Shown here piece after piece: positions 34,928-48,100 of a DNA stretch of 64,000 nucleotides (positions within the stretch are counted from its first letter, which is position 1; every line of letters begins with the position of its first letter). The DNA comes from Marsupella aquatica. Its lineage: Eukaryota > Plantae > Marchantiophyta. The notes under the pieces are model-generated. The model worked only from the letters and a program-made list of their open reading frames with translations. It was not told the DNA's origin and ran no database searches. The position numbers were made by a program, and so were the translations under genes. The stretch spans positions 25,357,899 to 25,421,898 of the forward strand of contig OZ316891.1 in assembly GCA_973895155.1 (NCBI GenBank), written 5' to 3'.

Positions 34928-37900
34928 TCACTGCAGACTAACACACTCTGATGGCCAGAGCACAAGAGATCCTACTGCATCTGCAATTATTTCTTGAGGT
35001 GGATCATCGTCTCTATTCGGAAATGGCAAATTACAATCAGATACAATCACTGTAGTCAACAACACTACTACATGGTCATCCGGGACCACTTTGCCATGGA
35101 ATTTAGCATGATCCGGTCGCAAAATGCCTGTACCCACACATACCTGCGAGTCATTCTCCCATGATAGAAGATTATGGACTGGCTCTGCTGTGGCTATCAC
35201 CTCCACCTTACCCTGGCTGTTTTTCTTGGCTTTCCTGGGTGGCTTATACATGACATTATTCATACCTTGGTTGCGAGTCATGACTTTGGCACGAGTGTTT
35301 TGTGCTGGTGATCGAGAATTGGCTACACTCTTCTTCAAAGAATCTGCATCCATATTTGACACTTCCGATTGTGTAGCAGGATTTCCCTGCGACATCATCT
35401 CAGTATCTGCTAACATTGTACTTGCTTCAATTGAAGCATCTACAATCTTACTTGCATCCAATGTTGCTCCCAAGTTTCGACGTCGCTTCACCCTGCTCCC
35501 ACTTGGTTGAGAGTCTGTCAACTCTGCATCAACTACAATTCAATGCATTGTCCAACATAAGTGAATCACTCATCACATGTGCGCCATGTACATGTCACCA
35601 TCCACAAAGTTGTCACTATCTCCTTACCATTATGAACAGCCTTCTTCCCCTTCTTTGCCATTGCCATATCCTCCATGTCTGCTTCTGCTGATCAATAAAC
35701 AGACCACAAGATTCAGGTTCAATCTATTAACCACTGAATTGTTTCTCAACAATGGTAGGAGAGGAATTTAAAGCATCAGCTTACCTGATACCTCCTTGGC
35801 TATGGTCACTGAGGCACTTGGCACATCTTTTTCATTGCTCTTTGAATCACCTGATACATCAATCATGATGTCACTTCAATTCCCAGTTTATCCAACCAAT
35901 TCTTACAGAAAAGATTACCTCCAACCGGCTTAAGCTTCACAAAACTCCATGCACTTTTCAAATGTAATGTACTGGATCATAGCAGGTTACCTGTCTCAGC
36001 AACCTTTTTGCCATTCTGCTTACCGATTACAGGGTCCAGGTTCTCTGCCTCCACTCTTCCTGCATTCAAACCATTCACTCAATTCATGAAAACTTACTTC
36101 TAACATTTGAACATAGGACACAATGAACAATGGGCCTCTCTTGTTTCAAAATCCTCATTGCATACCTGTGTCAGATTTGCCAATTCCCTTTTTTGTTAAC
36201 AAGGGCACACTTTGTACAATGTTGCCCTCATTGTTTGGTTGGGAACCACCCAATTTTTCAATCACAAGCTTGAAATTAGATTCCACTGATGCAAGAAGGT
36301 TCGCTACAGATGCCTCCACAATATCCAAACGATCAGCCAATTTACTTTCCACTCGAGGGAGTCCACACTCTAATGACTTCAACCGTTCAGACATCTTTGT
36401 GAGAGTTGTAACAGTTCCCTGTCATAACACAGTTTACATATCTCAGATAATTGTCCCCAAGAACTGGTTGCTTACTTCCTACTACAATTCTTTCTGATGC
36501 TCAAGGCCAAATAGTCACAGAACATATAGAATTACAACATAATCACCTGTTTGGAAGTCACACTTGTCACCTCACTCCTTTGTTTCATGAACTCCTCTCT
36601 CACTTCTTGTGCTGATGGTTCTTCACCTGTCAATTTCTTCTGCAGTCCACATCAACATACATATGAATGAAACCAAGTGTTGATTGTCCATGAAAATGTA
36701 ATAATGGTAGCAAGATGATAAGTTTGAGGCTTACTATTAGGCATGTCACTGCCTTACCAATTGTTCTTTCACTGGAGCATAACTTCCTCTCCCAGCCTGT
36801 GAAAGGTGTTTCACTTTGCCTCGAGCATTTGACATCAGTTCACTCTTGCTCTGTCCAGCCTCCGACATGAACCCTTTGATTAACCGTGTCCATTGATCCA
36901 GTTCCAATGATGGGGGTGGTGGCATTCTCCTGTTAGAACCATTGTCTATCCACATCCTTTTCAACCTATGCCTCTCTTGTTTCAAAATCCTCATTGCATA
37001 ATCTGATATGCAATCTTCAACTGGGCCCTTACCATCATTACCAACATAGTCCCACCGTTCAAGAATGTCCTTGCAGATAGCAGCCCAATCAGCTTTGTTC
37101 TGACTCCTAAACTCTGTAATGCTCAAATCTAACCAACGCAATACTTCTCCTCTTAGGTCAGAATGCCAACGGTTCTTACCATCACATGTGGGAGTTATCC
37201 AACCTTCGGAATTCACTTCTACTTTACCAAATTTGTTACTGTCTCCTGCCTTGGTACTCCCTGAAGCGCTACTAGGTGTCCCTCCACGGCCTGGTGTCCC
37301 CCCACGGCCTGGGGTCCCTCCACGGCCTGATCTCCCCCCACGGCCTGGATTGCATTGTCCAAACCTCCCTGGAGTCCCTGCACATTTACAGGATCCATTT
37401 ACAGTCACTTACATTAGGTAAGTATGAATCATAAATCCTGCTGCCAAATATACACTGGACTTCAGAGCAATTCTGCAATGACCAAGTTACCTCTCCCTTG
37501 GCGCATAGATGGTTCTGGACCACCTGTCCTATTGCTTTGTCTTGATGAATTAGGGCCGTTTCTCCCGCCTGTGAATGATTGCCGCCTATCTGAACGTGGA
37601 TGGCCTTTGTTGTTTTCGTGATTGTCCCAATCAGAGTCTGCATACCAACAGGTACATGCCACACTCATGGACCTGTAAGATAAACTCTTTGCCCTAGCTA
37701 CACATCAGATAAGTCCATATTGAGCTAAATCTCTACTACCATCACAAAATCACTAGCACAAGGCACTTACTTGTCCAATCATCCTCCTCACCTGTCCATT
37801 GCCCTCTGTACCCGTCTCTACCACGCTCTGGGTGTTCATATTCATCCCATCCATCTTCTGCTCCATCATAGTCATCATCATAATTATCAGGCGTCCCTTG

Positions 37901-38113
37901 CCAATAACTCTGGCTCCTTCTAGGGTATGGATTATGTGATTTCTCTCTAGCTGCCCACCTACCTGGGACTTGATGAGGGCCCTGTGCATCCTGCACAGGT
38001 GCATTTTTCTGTGAGCCCCCTGCATCTGGGTCTCCATCCATATCCAATCTTTCCTCTTCACCCCACTCTCCAAGCCCCATGTCTGTCTCCATGTCATCAC
38101 CCTCTTCCCCCAT
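34928..38113 (-). CDS. CACTA TnpA/ORF2-like multi-exon gene (Ptta/Transposase_24-like exon 36746-37408, DUF8039-like last exon 34928-35521)
   Basis: LKQERHRLKRMW..QWTRLIKGFMSEAGQSKSELMSNAR; FHGKVVPDDHVVV..IADAVGSLVLWP; exon-by-exon homology to 56737-62300. Confidence 0.7.
37275..37348 (-). repeat. 18-bp coding tandem repeat (PGRGG[T/R] x4)
   Basis: GGTGTCCCTCCACGGCCT-like units. Confidence 0.85.
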
Positions 38114-38290
38114 AGCTTCTGCACAGCACCCACAACCAAACAGGGAGAATCAGCACACTAAATTCAAAGTATCAATCAATTTCATGCATATCCAACTACC
38201 CTAAACATCATTCCAGGCAGCAATTCCCGTTCTGTGACTCTGTGCAGGTAGTCATCCTCAACCTCATACTTGCCAATCGCCAGCTGTTGC

Positions 38291-41200
38291 CTATTGCAAA
38301 TCATCAACCTCATCATATTCCATTTGCCCAGGTTCATCATATGTCTCTCTCAATGTTAAGGGGATGTAGTCAGTCCCTGCCCGAGTTGGAAGTACAGTCT
38401 CATGACTAGGATGCTCGAATGCAGCATGGTCATCCAAACTGAACTCTACTTTACTTCCATCCATCCGCCTGTTCCGTGCTTGGCTATGGCATACCACCCT
38501 CCAGCCATGTGACTCCTCCACATCTGCAAAGAAAGCCTGTTCAACTTGGCTAGGGAAAACAAAAGGCTCAGACCATTCTGGTACTCTGGACCTAAAATTG
38601 GCCAACAAGAACCCATCATGATCACGCTTCATGGTGGCCCTTGGTCTCTGCCACTCTGATTTCACCCATGATCCCTTCATCAATATCACTGGGACACTTG
38701 TGTTACCATAATTCAACACCCAAATGTCGGTCAACTCCCCCACGTAACCCATCTTCATCCACCCCCTCTGTTCTTCAGAGGTTCTCTGCTCAAACACAGA
38801 AATCAAACCACAATCATATGATACACAATGGTCACCCTGCTCATCCCTCACTCGATAATGATTTCCATAAGCTCTCATCCGTTTGTAGGTCAGAATAGAC
38901 AATCGTGGTGGCACAGATAGAAGATACAAATCCTTCTCCATATCTGGGTGATGTCTACTATGCTCTCGAATTGTCACCCGAATCCACTGCTCGAACTGTG
39001 GGAAGGGATCCTGCTGCCCAGAGTGTGCAGCTTTTTGCATATCATATTCCCTGCAATATGAGGTACAGGCATAGTTAGGTCTAAACAACACATGACAACC
39101 TAAGATCACCCTTGGAACAGACAAGAAGCATCACAACAAAGGCAAGTCAATTCAATCACTCACCTCCACCATGGTTGCATAGGCTCTGTGTTTGCCAGCA
39201 CATATGAATGAGCCTTGTCTCGAATCGCAACAGGCAGCTGAACAGCACGTCCCACACCTTCAACAACCTCGCCACTCACTCCATCTTCACCAGATTTCCA
39301 AACTCTTGTCATAGCTTCACCAGACCCAGCCATGTACTCTGTTAGGAATCCCAACGTCTCATCCTTAATGTACCCCAATGCCATGGAAGCCTCTGGCCTG
39401 TAGTATGTTCTCACATGACCTTTCAACAACTTCATGTATCGCTCCATAGGGTACATCCATCTGGTACTGACTGGCCCATACTGCCCTAGCTCTTCTACCA
39501 CATGGATTAGGAGATGAGTCATAACATCAAAGAAAGCAGGGGGGAAGTATATCTCCAAGTCACAGAGGACATAAGCAGCATCCTGCTTCAACTGCTCCAA
39601 TCCTTGGGGATCCCACACTTTCACACATATACGGCGAAATACATTGCACAGTCGAAGAATGACATTACGGACTGGTTTCTGCATGAGACCTCTGAGGCAT
39701 AGGGGCAGAATGTGCTGCATCAACACATGGTAGTCATGTGTTTTCATACTGCCAAGTTTATTCTTTGTAATATGCTTCTTGAAGGCACCAGCATAGCCAG
39801 AGGGCACTTTCAGACAGCTCAATCTATACAAGAATGTCTTCCATTCATCCTGTGTGCACACATAGGGAGCTTGGAACTTGAGAAGTACATTGGGATTGCT
39901 TGCATGGGGCTTCAACCAAAGGTGAGGGCGAATCCCCTTCTGTTGCATATCAGCTCGAACTGCTCCTGTATCTTTCTCACCCGACAAGAACTTCAGCAAG
40001 CTCTCACAAATATTTTTCTCAATGTGCATGACGTCCACATTGTGTTTGCTGGGCTCGAATTCCTGCACTCCACAAAGCAAAGAATTCAACAACAGAAACA
40101 CTAATTAACCACATAGGAGGATTGTAACCAACATCAATCCACCATTGCTCCAATCTAAAATTGCAATCATACAGGGGCTGGAGGCTAAGTACATTACCCT
40201 CCAGTACTCCAACTCCAAGTCCATCAAGGTCTGTCTTTTCACACCGTGTTTCACCACTGGATCCTCAGGTTCTCGATCAGTGGCACTTCTCTTGTCCCAA
40301 TCAGCCTTCCTGGCTGCCCACCTCAGGACTTGCTCTCTGGTGACCCTCTGTGGTGGGCCACGAAGCTCTGTTTTGTTGTTGAAGTGTGCAATTTGAGACC
40401 GTGTGTGCCTGTAAGGATGATCAACAGGCAGATACCTTCTATGCCCCTGAAATTTCATACTGTGCAGGGCATGCGACCACTCACTTGTCACATTTTTCCC
40501 ACATGGTGTGCACCCCACATAGCCCTTTGTCACTCGTCCAGATATGATGCCATGGCCTGGGTAATCTGCTATATCCAGCAAACAAATTGCATGCAGTCTA
40601 AAGGGGCTGGGTCGAAGAAGCCCCTTCAGAACATCATGGGTTAACACCCCTTCTATCCACAAAGTCTTCCACTCTTCCACTGCTGGAGCCAACATGATAT
40701 CTATGAATTGCTCGGTCACAGAAGCTGGTCCAGGGATTAACAGCACCATCATGACAAAAAACCTCTTTGTAGTCATCCATGGGGGAAGGTTGTAATTTAG
40801 CAGCGTAACCGGCCAACATGAATAACGGTTGTTTTTGTCTCCAAATGGGTTTACTCCATCCAGTGATAGACCAAATCGAAAGTTCCGCTTCTCTGCAGCA
40901 AACTGTGGCCACCTCTCATCAACAAATTTCCAATGGTTGGAATCTCCAATGTGACGCTGCAGGCCATCACTGCTCTTGTTATCAGGAGTCCATGTCATCA
41001 GCTTGGAAATGGCAGGGCATCTAAACAGACGTTGTAGTCTAGGAATGAGAGGAAAATGACGAAGAACCTTGGCAGGGTGTGTACATTTCCCTACATTCTT
41101 GTACCTGTGCTTACCACAATGAGGGCATGTCAATTTATCTGCATGCTCTTTGCGAAAGAGAACACACCCATCAGGGCATGCGTCAATAGACACATAGTTC

Positions 41201-42000
41201 AGCCCAAGGTTAGACATCAATTTCCTAGCCTCGTACATATTTTTTGGAATTGAATTACCATCTGGTAACACATTTCGGCGCAGGAAGGTCAACAACTCTG
41301 TCACAAATATATTGGGAACATTGTGATTGCCACAGATGTTCAACAACAACACGACAAAACCCAGCTTGGAGCAGTTCGACCCCTCGTAGATAGGAATGCA
41401 AGCTTCTTTGATGTGTTTTGGGCCCCCAAACACCCACTCCCTCTCTGCTGCACCTTCCCCAATGTCAAAGTCAGGTTCAGCTTGGCCGTCGCCAATGTGT
41501 GGCTGCGGTTCATTGTCCTCTTCTGATTCCACTGTGTCGTAAAAAGCATCAAGGTCTTCAAAAATCTCTTGAACCATTCTTGGGACATCCATCCCACCGT
41601 CCTCAGTGACTGCCTCTGCATCTCCATCTTGGTCATCCACGTTCTCATGTTGGACCCCAGGACCATCCTCTGCACAGTCTATGTCCTGCTCTACGTAGTC
41701 TCTACGCCTAGCTGTATTAGAATCCACAAAGTCAGCTCTCCACTCTTCATCAGAGGAGTCTTCTTCTGCTGGTACATTCCAAACCCTCCACCGAGGGTGC
41801 CTTTCATGCCGCATCAGGTGAAGGTGCACAGTGTTCAAACTCAATGACTTGAATCCTTGGCACTGTGTGCATGGGCATCTCATCCTCCTACTCCTACCTT
41901 GGGCGGCCCGGGCTTGTTCACGCATCCACAATTTAGAATCATGATGCCTAATCCTAAATGGGTTGTGAAGAGGCAACCTTGGAGCCATCACTATACACAC
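38291..42000 (-). CDS. tnpD: CACTA TnpD-like transposase (3 exons: transposase-associated domain and Transposase_21; DUF4218; DUF4216)
   Basis: MRCPCTQC; IDACPDGCVLF; LRHFPLIPRLQRLF; GLSLDGVNPFG; YNLPPW; DVMHIEKN; MKTHDYHVLMQ; FFDVMTHLLIH; WMYPMERYM; EPFVFPSQVEQAFF. Confidence 0.93.
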
Positions 42001-42314
42001 GCACTCAGCACCCTGTCATTTTATTATGCAAGTGAAAAATACACTTCCTGTTAAGGATTTCACCCCCGACTGTACTTGCCAAAATACGTAACGTTCCAAA
42101 AAAACAAAAAAACAAAAAATATAGGTGCCTGAGTCATGTACCTATTCTCAAGTGAATGAGACAAAATTCCTAAATGTTTGAGGGTGTCAACTCCTCCGCT
42201 GTCCTCACATGTACTGCCTCTGCACGTACATCCATGACCATATCAGAGTCCAATCATGTATAGTCATAGACACAGGTGCCAGGTGCGAGACCGGTGTGAG
42301 ATGTCCTCATCTTA

Positions 42315-42884
42315 CTACCACATCAAATACGGATACCAATCTTGTTGTCGATGCCACTCAGCCCTGAGGTACTCAGGCATGTACATTAAGTCATCAAGGT
42401 CTAAACCCTGCTCATGCCATGGTGGTCTTCGATCCGTGCCTACAAGCAGTGGCAGCAGTGCCCTCCATGGTGCACATGTTGCTACCAAGTCCCTCCACTG
42501 GGTACTAATTAGTCTATATTTGCAGATATCTTGTGCGCCAGACACCACAAGAACCCTCGGCCAGACATGTGTAAGAACTATATCATCTGCCAAATCAGGC
42601 AACAAGGAACCACCTACAGCATCGTGCTTGTCTAACTCATCTGCTGAAAAGTAAATGTCCTCTTCCGACTGTGCATCCTCATTCACCACAGCATTCACAA
42701 CACATCCAAGGTCTGCAGGCATTATCTCGGATGGAGCTACACTCTGTCTGGTTACCAATCCACACAAGTAAGCCCAAGCAGTAGCCATGCACGATGCAAC
42801 CCGTAGGAGGACCCTACACAGGGCCTGACGGTCTGGAAGAGGCAGCATACCCACCAAAGTCTTCAGCCAAACAGAGCCCAGCAA
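42315..42884 (-). CDS. CACTA cargo ORF with F-box-like motif
   Basis: SLLPDLADDIVLTHVWPRV..KYRLISTQWRDLV. Confidence 0.55.
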   Translation of the reverse strand: MLGSVWLKTLVGMLPLPDRQALCRVLLRVASCMATAWAYLCGLVTRQSVAPSEIMPADLGCVVNAVVNEDAQSEEDIYFSADELDKHDAVGGSLLPDLADDIVLTHVWPRVLVVSGAQDICKYRLISTQWRDLVATCAPWRALLPLLVGTDRRPPWHEQGLDLDDLMYMPEYLRAEWHRQQDWYPYLMW

Positions 42885-43024
42885 GTAGATTCACAGTCAC
42901 ACCCCACGCAGCAGGAAACAACAATCACTTCAACTGCGACCAACCATGACAAGATGAGTTAGTTCAAGGATCACATTTATTACAAAATTGTGATTTATAC
43001 AAAAATATGAGGGACTCCTACTCC

Positions 43025-43888
43025 TCACTCTCTCCCACCTTTGCTAAGCATACATCTCCGCTGAATCTTGGAGGGCCAGGCCTCAAAAATATCAAAGTCC
43101 CAAGCATTCTGTCGCTTCCCTCTAGCTGCTGATTCCAGAAGCCAATCAGGGGAAAGCACCCAAAGATTGTTGTTCATGACAAAATCACGCACTGTTGTCT
43201 TAAAGAATTTTCTGCATATTTTCATGTATGACAGACCTACAACATGAGTGGAGGTTTCTGTTAGACTCTCCTCCACTGTCCCACCTAGCTCAACAACTAT
43301 AGACTTGTACAGTCTGCACTTAGTCTCCCCAATTCCTTCTTCTGCAAATACCACACTGAACCCCTTCATAATGGTATTTCTCTCCTTGCCATGCTCATTC
43401 AATATAGCATCTGCACGCATAGGATGGTGTCCTATGTTGACAACAGGTCCATATTGGACAGAAGCAAAGTTGGGTTTCTCTGCCGCTGCTTCATAGGCTT
43501 CCTTTTCAGCCAAAGCCTCTACAGTGGCCTCCTCACTCTCCCACAACTCATATTGCTCAGTACTCTGTACACACCTATGTTTAACAGAATCGGTCAGCCA
43601 AGAGACTTCAACTACTTTTAGACCTTGGTTGGTAATGGCAGAATCAATGAAGGACCATGACCACTTGTTCATCACATCCAGCCATGTCCCCGCAACAACA
43701 TGTGTAGTCTGTGGAGTGATGTCCTTGACTTCAGTCCCATGGAACTCTGAGAATCGTTTTTGTACAATTGGCCAACTCACTTGGGTGAACCCATAGTGGC
43801 CAGGAATCAAAATGGCTTTGATTCCAGCCAACAGAGGCGGGTGGTCAACATTTGTACGTTTCCTAGAGGCCATGTACACACGGGCCAC
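43025..43888 (-). CDS. CACTA cargo ORF: tandem BRCT-domain protein
   Basis: Two repeats: FHGTEVKDITPQTTHVVA..VVEVSWLTDSV..EQYEL and LGGTVEESLTETSTHVVG..VLSPDWLLESA..WDFDI. Confidence 0.8.
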   Translation of the reverse strand: MARVYMASRKRTNVDHPPLLAGIKAILIPGHYGFTQVSWPIVQKRFSEFHGTEVKDITPQTTHVVAGTWLDVMNKWSWSFIDSAITNQGLKVVEVSWLTDSVKHRCVQSTEQYELWESEEATVEALAEKEAYEAAAEKPNFASVQYGPVVNIGHHPMRADAILNEHGKERNTIMKGFSVVFAEEGIGETKCRLYKSIVVELGGTVEESLTETSTHVVGLSYMKICRKFFKTTVRDFVMNNNLWVLSPDWLLESAARGKRQNAWDFDIFEAWPSKIQRRCMLSKGGRE

Positions 43889-44591
43889 CTAATCACTGCA
43901 GACCGGAAGATAATGCGTTCACCTGATAATCGGAGGGCCCTTAAAATGCTGCGTTTATAACTTGGTCCAGTCCAGTCGTCTGGTGAGTCTCTGCTCCGAT
44001 TCCAAACGGGAGAAATATTGGGACAAACGTACTAGACACCTGCAAGCATGCACTTCATAGTTTGAATATGTGCCTTCACAATATTGAAGGTGACAAGTGC
44101 AATTGTTTTGTGATGCCACATACAGATGTTTCGTATGGGGGCAGACATTCAATGAGAATACAAAATGTTGGTACACTTTAAGGGAATTCTCGCAAATTAA
44201 ATAGCCTTGTAACTTATATGCTCATAATGAGAAGTCCTGATTTAATTTAAGCAGTGTCATGTAAGTCGTGATCAAAATGATTGCAGAGTTAAAAAAGTTC
44301 CTAGAGGGCTTAAGGGGAGATTTTGAAGGCATGTACCCAGGAACAAGTAATGAACTTAGGGTACTTGTTGCCTAAGCATCCTCTCCTACAGAGGTCCTTC
44401 TTCTCAAAATTGGAATGTCTGCAATCTCCAAGGTATCCACATCAGGTGCACTATGCATGTACATTATTCAGGTTCAAAGCCAAGAAATGTGATCTCTCAT
44501 GGGAGTGTGCAAAGTAGGATCTATGGCATGGCGATGACAATAGAAGATCCATCGATCAACACCATGTGCAGAGTGATCATAGATGTGTCTG

Positions 44592-45155
44592 TCACAAGCA
44601 TAGCCTTCGGGCTTGACGCTCCTTCAAACAATGAAAGTGCCACATGGTGGGACACCTAACACAGTGGACTATGTCCACCCAGAAATCTTCATCGTGCTGA
44701 CCACATGCCTTGCACTTATGAAGTGGGCAAGCTGTGGCAAGATCGGGCAAACATGAAAAACAAAAGAACCTCACACAATATCTGTCAGGGCATTTCCTAA
44801 CAAGTGGTGGAGCATCAACAGAGCCCTCATAAGACCCCAACTTCCCACACTGTGCACACTTAGCCTGCTTCTCCAAACAATCAGTGCACATCCAGCCTCC
44901 TTGGTGTGCTGACGGGAGGCCCACCCCTGGACAGTTGTTTTCTGCAGCAAGGTCAGACTCCGGGTTGAGGTGGAAATGCCTCATGCAAGGGCCCTCACAT
45001 ATGGCTAAGTCACCACCATCGTCACAAATGGCACAACAATGAGCTGCCTTCTGGAAAATCTGACTTGCGGAGAAGTTACTACCATCTGGCCCAACTACAC
45101 CTGTGTTGCTCACCTCTGTCCCCCGCTTCTTGGCTCGGATTTTAGGGCGTGCCAT
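44592..45155 (-). CDS. CACTA cargo ORF: EDM2/NSD-type composite PHD-finger protein
   Basis: CAICDDGGDLAICEGPCMRHFH..WMCTDC..CAQCGKLGS..CPDRYCVRFF..CPLHKCKAC..CVRCPTMWHFHCL; basic N-terminus. Confidence 0.82.
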   Translation of the reverse strand: MARPKIRAKKRGTEVSNTGVVGPDGSNFSASQIFQKAAHCCAICDDGGDLAICEGPCMRHFHLNPESDLAAENNCPGVGLPSAHQGGWMCTDCLEKQAKCAQCGKLGSYEGSVDAPPLVRKCPDRYCVRFFCFSCLPDLATACPLHKCKACGQHDEDFWVDIVHCVRCPTMWHFHCLKERQARRLCL

Positions 45156-48100
45156 GCCTACGCATGAGACAGATAGTACAATTTAGCAGAGTGCACAGAC
45201 AATACAATTTAGTGCAGTGTACAAAAAGTACAGTGTAGCATATAGACTAGAGTGGCAATTGCTACTGCAATGAAATGTTCACACACATGTGCAGAGTAGA
45301 CATACTTTTTGGTTTGTTGAGCCCACACTAAAAACTGATCCCCTCGTACAATAGCTCCACCTACACCTCAATTTTGTGGCTATGATTCACCAAAGGAGAT
45401 CTGCAACAAGATTTAATGCATTTGAATCACATATAACAGTCGTGACATGTAAAACAGGCATTTTTTGAACAGGATTGGTATCAAGCAGTGTGATCAGGGT
45501 TGTAATTTATACATCCTAAATAGGCTATGATAGTGAATGAGACAAATAAGTTAGGCATAAATCACTTTTTCCAGGTTATCACATGGCCCATTAATTCCAG
45601 TCTTTGAAAGGAGACTTTTAAGTGAGCTTGCTAGCCTCTTAAATTAGGATATTGTACTTAGTGCAGCCATAATAGGATAAGTTATGTACTGTTGACCCTA
45701 AACCCTGGACCCAAAATTGGTCATAATTCAAAATCTTAAGTAAATATCCTCTCTGTTCAAGTCAAAGTGTTAAGTTATAGGTCAATGGTCTCTGGTTTGT
45801 GCATGCGGTGTGACAAGTGGTCCTCTAGAGCGTGTGATCCAAACATGTGTAGACACCAAAGTGACCGGTGGTGGGGTCTGGGAGGGCAGGACAAGTGACA
45901 TTGCCAGGCACACTGCAGGATGGCGAGTGGTTCCAGATGATACATTGTGCTCTGTGAAAAAACCGACATCCAAGAGAACGGTCATCCAACTCTAGGCCAG
46001 AAGCCCTACAGGCAGGACAGTCATATTGGCAACTGTGCACACACCCTTGGGCCCTAATTTGTGGCGGGTCATGTACAAGAGACAGAAATAACAAGGATGT
46101 TGGGAAGGGTGGAGAAGCAGGTACAGGCCGACTGTAGTTGTTCCTGGCAACAACTGGGTACTCAAAGTACCATGCAGACTGGGCTGGAAGGATCCCAAGT
46201 CTGACATACTCAAGGCGCAACATCTCTGCCTTGCGTGCAAGCCGCACATGTTCAGCGTTGCGGGTCCTCACCATAAGTGTTGCTTTTGTGGAGATGTCGT
46301 GTGTTCACGTCCTCTGATAAGCACCTTCGATCAGCAAGGTGAGCAGGAGCTGTACTTGCCTCACCAACAGCAACCAACCTTAAATTATCAGTTCCCACTC
46401 ACTGTGTCATTCCATTGGTTCCAGCTAGGGGTCACAATGTAAACATAGCATGAAACACTCCTAATCAACTTGCTTACAAACTACAATATCCAGAAAGAGT
46501 GAAAGTCTCACCCTCCAGTGAGCAGCAGAGAGGTAGTTCACTAGATGTGTTGATGTGCAGTTAAACCTCCACTATTGCTTACTTCTGGTGTATGCTGCTC
46601 AGAAGAAGACATATTAGTAGCAGCAAATTGCAAATAATGGCCATAAGCAAACCGTGAGAGTTTGCAGAATGCTACGACAAATCCATCACAGCAGTGCTCC
46701 ACAGGAATGAAACCAAGCAAAATTTGGTGACCTCGGCCAATGACAAGGCCAATGTAGTGAACAATCCTTGACCGATCAGGATATGGATTGGAATTACAAT
46801 TAGTCAGCTCTTCTTCTTTGTTTTCTAACTCTGGGGGAAATGAGCATGACCAGGGAATTCTCTGAGAAATAGAAGTGCACAGGGAAAATGAAATTGGCTC
46901 ATTCAGCTCTGCAAGATGGACCATTGCAGCATACTTGGACAGTTGTTCCGCAATACATAAAATACCCTGACTTACATGCAATTGATACAATCTGCTTCTG
47001 TTGGCTGTCCTACAGCTCATGGCAGTGCCGTTGGGACAGGGTAAGTGAATATTGCCATAGCTGAAGCACATTGAGCTTGCAGCAACAAGTGAAGGAGCAT
47101 GGCCAAAAGCAGAAAAGACAGACAGGTTTTACAAGAAGAAACTAACAACCGCCAATCTGCTCAAATCCGCTGCATAGATCAAACCCTCCGAACTACACAG
47201 CCCTCCTTTGAAAACAATCCAATGTGCTTTGGCTGGTGGATGACAAGGACTGGGAGAAGAGGAAACGTCTGCACAATCAATCCAAATGACGGTACACAGA
47301 GACCAGGCACAGAGAGGATTTGTGCTTAGACAAAAACCACAAATTGTAGCATGGGCGCCATAGCATTCTAGACAAAGCACAAAACATAGAATCTATGAAT
47401 CTATGACTCATGGACTAACAAAATGATTGGGTAGCATGGCAAAAGGAAAGACAAATTTCAAAATGACAACATGGCCCGTTTCCACCATTCATTTGACGTT
47501 GCTAGGTGTCCGTAAGATGACTGACCCACAAACAATCCCGACAACCTCATCCGACAGACTGCTTTTCTAGTGTGAAGAAATACATGATTACAAGCAACAC
47601 CACGCCTCATCCAAGCAGGGAATTGAAAACATAACCATGTCATTCCTATATTGGACAGTGTCCTCTGCCATTGCACTGCATAGTTGTTATTCCATGTTGG
47701 TTGTCAATAGTTTGTTGGCTTGCCACAACCTAGATAGAACAATAAAATATTGTACATGAATACAACAAGAAAAATCTGCATACAGCGATGGCCCGGTCAC
47801 TTGAGGAAAAAACAAAACTAAGAAGGCAGGCACACGGGCAACCGAGAAAAAAAGCTAGTGGCGCCTCGCGGAGAATCCAGAATGGTAATGCCCTCGCCCA
47901 GAAGCTTGGGAAACAAAAGAGAAAAAAGCAAAAACGAGCTACCGACCACCGTCTTGACCAGGCCTGCCACAAGGTATGGCTGGAGGCTGTGGTCCCCCCC
48001 TCAGTAAAGAAAAGGATGCAGGTTGGAGCACGGGGCACAAGGCATGTTTGGATCCAGGAGGAGCAAAACAGTAATGTCAAGCAGGAAGTGTGGAGAGACC

